Positions 57,633 through 64,000 of a stretch of 64,000 bases of DNA are shown one piece after another. The stretch is taken from NCBI RefSeq assembly GCF_009914755.1, contig NC_060928.1, one strand, 5' to 3'. The stretch is from the human T2T-CHM13v2.0 reference genome, Homo sapiens. The notes under the pieces were generated by a model. It searched no databases, had not been told where the DNA came from, and was given only the letters and a program-made list of their open reading frames with translations. Made by a program: the position numbers and the translations under genes. Every line of letters begins with the position of its first letter. The first letter of the stretch is position 1.

Positions 57633-58045
57633 GTCCATCCATCCATCCACCCTTCCATCCATCCATCCATCCATCCATCCATCCATCCAGACATGTATAC
57701 ATCCATCCACCCCCTACCCATCTGTCCACCCACCCACCCATCTATCCATCCAACCCACTCTCTTACGCACCCAGCTATCATCCATCTACCCACCTACCAA
57801 CCCATCTATCCATCCACTCACCCATGCATCTATCCACCCATTCACTCATCTACCCATCTATCCACCCACCCGTCCATCCATTTATCTATCCCTCCACCCA
57901 TTCACCCACTCATCCATTTCTCCACCCACTCAGCCATCCCTTCACCGACTCAACCATCCATTCATTCGTCCACCTCCCTGCCCACCCATCTTTCCATCCA
58001 CCCATCTATCCACCCACCCACCTATGTATCCGTCCATCTGTTTGT
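57633..58045. repeat. (TCCA)n degenerate simple repeat
   Basis: Direct inspection. Confidence 0.95.
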
Positions 58046-58953
58046 CCTTCTGTTCATTTATTCCACAAAGACTCATTAACCACCTACGAGATTCTGGGGA
58101 GGTATCTGCTCTAGTAATTGAGAACACGGTCTCTGGAATGTGATTCCCTGGGCTCAAACTGAGCTGCCTCCTAGCTAGCTGCTTGGGTAAGTTACAGAAA
58201 CTGTGCTTTGATTTTCTTATCTGAAAATTGGCTATTAATAGCTTCTACTCTTGCAGATATAGTGAGGATTAAATAAGATGTCACATTAAAAGTGCATCAT
58301 CGACACTCAATAGAGATTAGGTTTTACCATTCATTATTATTGGCAGATGCTGCAGATAACGTGGAGAGCATATGAAAGACATATGTTTGAACCAATACTG
58401 ACATACAGGTGCTAAGTTCTGCAGTAGGGGAAGGGCAGAGAGCCATGGAGAGGGTCTGGCCCAATCCTGGAGCCTCAGAAAAAAGTTCCCGTTGATTTGC
58501 TGTTTTAGCTGAGACTTGTGGGATGGGTAGTAGTTGGAGATCCCAGACAGCAGGTGACCGAGTTAGCCAGGGAACAATTGGGTCCTGGCACCCCTGGCAG
58601 AGTTGAGCGATCCAGTCCTTCTGTCTCCTCTGGCTGGAAGTCCACCAGATCTGGGAATGTCCGGTTGGAGGAGGGGGCTGACAATGATCATGACCTTCAC
58701 CTGTCCTCACATATCCTCGGTGTGTCTGTAAAGCCTCTTCCTCAGTCTCCTCTTCTGGAAAGTGGTATTGGAAACCACATCTGCTTCTCTCCCAGGACTG
58801 CTAGGAAGACAAGATTAGATGGCAGGTGAGAGCTCTTTGAAAATGAAAACATTCTGCTATTTGAATGCAAAGTGTTCTTCTTTGCCTGTGATGTTTCCTA
58901 ATCAGTGAACTCATACTGGACCTCGAAGCTGTCTATTAACAAAAATAGCAAAG

Positions 58954-59255
58954 TGGCTGTTCAGGGTGGCTCATGCCTGTAGTCCTAGCACTTTGAGAAG
59001 CTGAGGGCGGTGGATCACTTGAGGCCAGGAGTTCGATACGAGCCTGGCCAATATGTGAAACCCCATCTCTACTAAAAATACAAAAATTAGCCAGGTGTGG
59101 TGGTGTCTGCCTGTAGTCCCAGCTACTTGGGAGGCTAAGGCACAAGAATCATTTGAGCTCAGGAGGCAGAGGTTGAAGTGAGCTGAGATGGCGCCACTGC
59201 ACTCCAGCCTGGGCGACACAGCGAGGCTCTGTCTGAAAAAAGAAAGAAAAAAAAA
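58954..59255 (+). mobile_element. Alu
   Basis: Alu consensus; GCAAAGTG flanks both ends. Confidence 0.93.
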
Positions 59256-60170
59256 GGCAAAGTGAACACTTCCTCCATCTCTCCCCCGGGGGAGGCAATT
59301 TGTCAAAGATTGTTGTTGGATTTTACACACAGGGAAATCTAAGGAAGGTGTGGAAACCAGACCAGGACTCCAGACTCTGGTCTCCCTGTTTACAGGTTCT
59401 TAAATGGGGGAGACACTTTGGATTCTTTCCACAAGATTGCTTTGTAAATAAAAACAAGAAACAAACAAACAAAAAAAAAACTCAAAAAAGCAGCCCTGAC
59501 CTAAATATTCACAAGGGACCTTAGGCAATATCTGCAAACAAAAGTGAGTGATGAGTGGAATCTGTCATCTTTACAACTAAGACAGCTCCAGAGTTGAAGC
59601 AAGTGGAAATATTTCTAGAGACAGAGATTTGGGCAGGTTTTGCCAGTAACAAAGTATGAGAACCTGGGCAGGTTTACCTCTCTGAGCTTCTGTGACCTTG
59701 TAAAATAGGCTGCATTGCACCAAACATGCAGGAGGAATCCCAGCATCCTCCTGTGCACAAGGCTGGTTTCTTCCCATCCTTTTCCTTGTTCTGCCTCTCT
59801 CCTCCTCTCCAAGAGATAAATACATGTGGACCCAGCAGGGGCCTATGTTTGCAAAAGCTCTCAGGTGATTCTCATGCAGCCAGCCTGGCTCTGGCACTGA
59901 GTTCTTTGACACTTCTGGGGGCGCATTTACTATTGAGGAAGGTCACTGTGTGTGAAAGGCATGATTCATCTTCCATTCCTTTCTTCCATGAAGCAAGGCG
60001 CATGGGTCGACTGAGCTGGGAGAGTCCACAGAGTCAGCCTCCCCCATGCTTCCCTCCCTCCTTATTCCTTGTGTGCTGTACTTTGTCTTGATTTCCTGTA
60101 CTCTGCACCAAGCCAGGAGATGGTAAGATCTCAAAAAAAATCATTTTTTGGGGAAATGGGATCAAGAGGG

Positions 60171-60474
60171 TTTTTGTTTGCTTGTTTGTTTGTTTGAGAC
60201 AGGGTCTGTCACCCAGGCTGGAGTGCAGTGGCATGACCTTGGCTCACTGTAGCCTTGACTTTCTGGGCTCAGGTGATCCTCCCACCTCAGCCTCCTGGGT
60301 AGCTGGGACTGCAGGTGCACACCACCATGCCTGAGTAATTTGTCTATTTTTTGTACAGAGGAGGTTTCACTATGTTGCCTAGGATGGTCTCAAACTCCTG
60401 GGCTCAAGCAGTCCTCCATCCACCTCGGCCTCCCAAAGTGCCGGAATTACAGGCATGAGCTGCTGTGCCTGGCT
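60171..60474 (-). mobile_element. AluJ-like
   Basis: Reverse Alu consensus. Confidence 0.92.
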
Positions 60475-60922
60475 AAGGTTTTTATTATTATTATTATGAA
60501 AAATTTTCAATATACATAAAAGTAGACTAGTTTAATGAGCTATCATATACCCATCACATAGGTTTAAAAACTATTAACATTTGCAATATTTACTCCATTT
60601 GTTTTTCTGAACTATTTAAAAAATAGTTTACAGTAGTTATGTAATTACATCATGATATTCACCCCTACGTAATTTACTTTCCCTCTAAAAACATGAGGGC
60701 ATTTTTTATATGATCATTGTCATACCCAATCAAATTACCAGTAATTCCTTAATATCCTTTAAGATCAAGTTTACATTCAGATGTCTTGTCCTCAAAATGT
60801 CAATTGTGATAATTTTTTCTTTGAGCAAAGATAATAAGATCTAAATATTTAATGACAGAGATTCCATGTTAGCACTGATGTCTAAGCTCTGTGGTCCATT
60901 GTGGCTTTACTTGAAAGTCTCA

Positions 60923-61215
60923 GGCTAGGCGTGGTGGCTCACACCTGTAATCCCAGCACTTTGGGAAGCCAAGGTAGGTGGATCATGAGGTCAAGAGATC
61001 AAGACCATCCTGACCAACATGGTGAAACCCTGTCTCTATTAAAAATACAAAAATTAGCCAGGTGTGGTGGCGGGCGCCTATAGTCGCAGCTACTCAGGAG
61101 GCTGAGGCAGGAGAATTGCTTGAACCTGGGATGCGGAAGTTGCAGTGAGCTGAGATTGCACCACTGGATGCCAGCCTGGGTGGCAAGAACGAGACTCTGG
61201 AAAAAAAAAAAAAAA
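60923..61215 (+). mobile_element. Alu
   Basis: Alu consensus; AAAGTCTC flanks both ends. Confidence 0.93.
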
Positions 61216-62215
61216 GTCTCTCACTGTGGTCTCATAATAAAAGGACACTCCATTTCCCATCTGGCCCCTGCTCCTTAATGTTAGCCCCCTCCTGTGGGGA
61301 GGAGGGGGTGACCTTCAGCGCAGGTTCAAGCATTCCCAGGGCTGGCTCTGTTCCCGATAAAGCCCATCGTCATGAATGAGTGTTTTCCTTGCAGGTTATT
61401 CTAAGTATTGTAAATAGTGCACATGGAGCATCCTCATGATGACTGGGATGGTAGTGAATATTTATAGGTTTCTTTTAGTACCTTTTTTTTTAGCGTTTTC
61501 CATAGTTCCATGTTTCTACAACCCATGGGAACATCAGAATCATGTGTGTGTGGGTGCTTATTAAATACACCAATTCCTGGGCTCACTCCCAGAGACTCCC
61601 AGTTTGATGATTGGGGGCTCAGCTAGGACCTATGTTTTCAAAAGCTCCCAGGTGATCTCATGCAGCCAGACTGGCTCTGGCTCTGGCTCTGGGAGCTGGG
61701 TTGGGAACTAGTCTTTGGTGCTATTCTGCTGAAACTTCAAGTTGGGCTCTTTGACTCCATCTTGTATTGTCATCACTTGTATTCAGGTCTGTTCTTCCTC
61801 TGGATTGTAAACTCCTTGATGTCTGGGTCATCTCAGCTCATGAGCTGAGCTTTCAGTCGGTGCTCAGTGGAACAGGTGCTGGATGCAGTCAGGCTCTAGG
61901 GAGGCCAACGTGTGTTGGTAAGTGAGTGAAAAAAATCATTTTAAAAAGAAACTTTTTGCTCTTCAGTTTTGTTTGCCATGAGTTAATGTGATTTACTCTA
62001 GTGGAAGCCAGTGCAGCTTAAGTGGAGGTCTTGCCCTGAAATGGAGCCAGGTTATGGATCAGCAGAGCTGCCGAAAGCATTTTGGGGGAAATGTTTCTCT
62101 GTCACCCTCAGTTGACTGAACTCAAGTTTTCACTCCCGTTTAACACGACGTGGGGGCCATTCTGACTTCTGCGGAGTGAGTATGATCAGATCTTCTGTAA
62201 AAGTGTAAGTGAGGA

Positions 62216-62567
<352 letters not shown>

Positions 62568-63094
62568 TCATCTACTGAACAACAAAAACCATGGGATACC
62601 AATGCTGGAGGAAGAGGCATCATCCTCAGTTTCTACTAACTCAACCACGCATGAGATGGGGACTTGGTGTCCAAGAGAAGAGCCTCTTTTTAGGTCTTCA
62701 GCCTTGATCAAACCATTTCTGAATCCCTTACACACATATAATCAGGTGCTATGAGTGGTACCGATTGGATAATCTTTCTGTCTTTTCCTGTGCTAGGAAG
62801 GAAAATACATGTACAGCCAACTTCCTTGAGGGTTCATTCTTTTGCATCAGGGTGTCTCAAATTCCTGCCCTTAAAACACCTGTAAGAGAATCATCCAGGC
62901 GGCTTGCTCACTCTGCATGCAGGCCCTTTAGAATCAGTCAGAATCCCTGGGGCTGGAGCCACAAAATGAAATGACATTTCAACAAGTTTGTCATCACATA
63001 AGAGAGAATAGGTGAGTATTTGGATACCTATAATACAAAGTAGATTCAAAAAGAATGACTTGATTATTTTAAATGTTGTGTTTTAAAAAATTTA

Positions 63095-63446
<352 letters not shown>

Positions 63447-63789
63447 TTACTGAATACAGAAAAGTACAAAAAGGGAGAGAAATCACCCCAAATCTCACGA
63501 CCCCAAGAAATAAACCTCCTAATATTAAGTGAACAGCATTCCTTGCTATGCACAAAGATGGCTAGAGACATGAACAGACACTTCTGATCACACAAAATGA
63601 GATTTTAAAAACAAGAAGTAGCAAATTGAATGCTGGGTAAATTTATCAGAAGAAAAAGAAATGGAAGTGAAACTGAAGGAACTGGTCAACTCAGATAAAT
63701 GTAGTTTTTCCTCACTAAAAATCAGTTTCTAGAACATCTAAGAAATCAAAGATGATGAAAAATATTAAGATGTTTTATATATATGTAGA

Positions 63790-64000
63790 AGTCCTTACAG
63801 TTGAGTGATCATCTCATGAAAAATTTGTACAGTCACTGCAAATAAAGTCATTGCAAAATCTTTACTCCTTTTGCTTTTTGCCAGCACTGACATTGGCCTT
63901 TGCAGTCTCTTGACTTCATTCTGCCCTTGCATTCCTTTTGCTGTTTTCTTGAGGTCATCTTCTTCTCATGCCAGCCGTGTCTTGCAAGTCTATGTTTGAG
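63790..64000 (-). pseudogene. RPS24: RPS24 processed pseudogene, 3' part (continues beyond the window)
   Basis: Minus strand KHRLARHG...TSRKQ...TAKANVSAGKKQKE* (TAA at 63862-63864), intronless, with frameshifts, followed by RPS24-like 3'UTR. Confidence 0.9.

Noticed and set aside
57539-58114. His/Pro/Ser-rich 191-aa and 156-aa ORFs
   Set aside because: Translation of the (TCCA)n simple repeat

Overview
Primate (human-like) genomic DNA, not prokaryotic. It looks like a copy of the multi-locus OR7E-type segmental-duplication mosaic; the species and chromosome cannot be fixed from sequence alone. No complete intact protein-coding gene is present. From left to right: a solo HERV-K LTR5A; a SATR1/SATR2-type palindromic satellite organised as a ~2.3-2.5 kb higher-order repeat (forward array, AT-rich core, inverted array, GC-rich variant array); two cargo blocks joined directly into that satellite (a 9.5 kb unprocessed UNC93B1 3' segment with three spliceable exons, and a 3.8 kb LTR-less HERV-E gag-pro-pol fragment); an OR7E pseudogene; a second copy of the same LTR5A insertion; a VPS51/L1 chimeric retrocopy; a solo LTR12C; an ERVL fragment; a CpG island with a 219-nt open first exon; many Alu/L1/L2/MIR/MER elements; and an RPS24 processed pseudogene at the right edge. 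The most interesting signal is the satellite. Its monomer is a double hairpin whose stems co-vary across three sequence variants, its orientation flips and local expansions occur at the GTGTACAC dyad, and several cargo junctions fall at the same position of the monomer. Repeat subfamily names and gene identities come from recognition, not database searches, and repeat boundaries are approximate unless a TSD is given.
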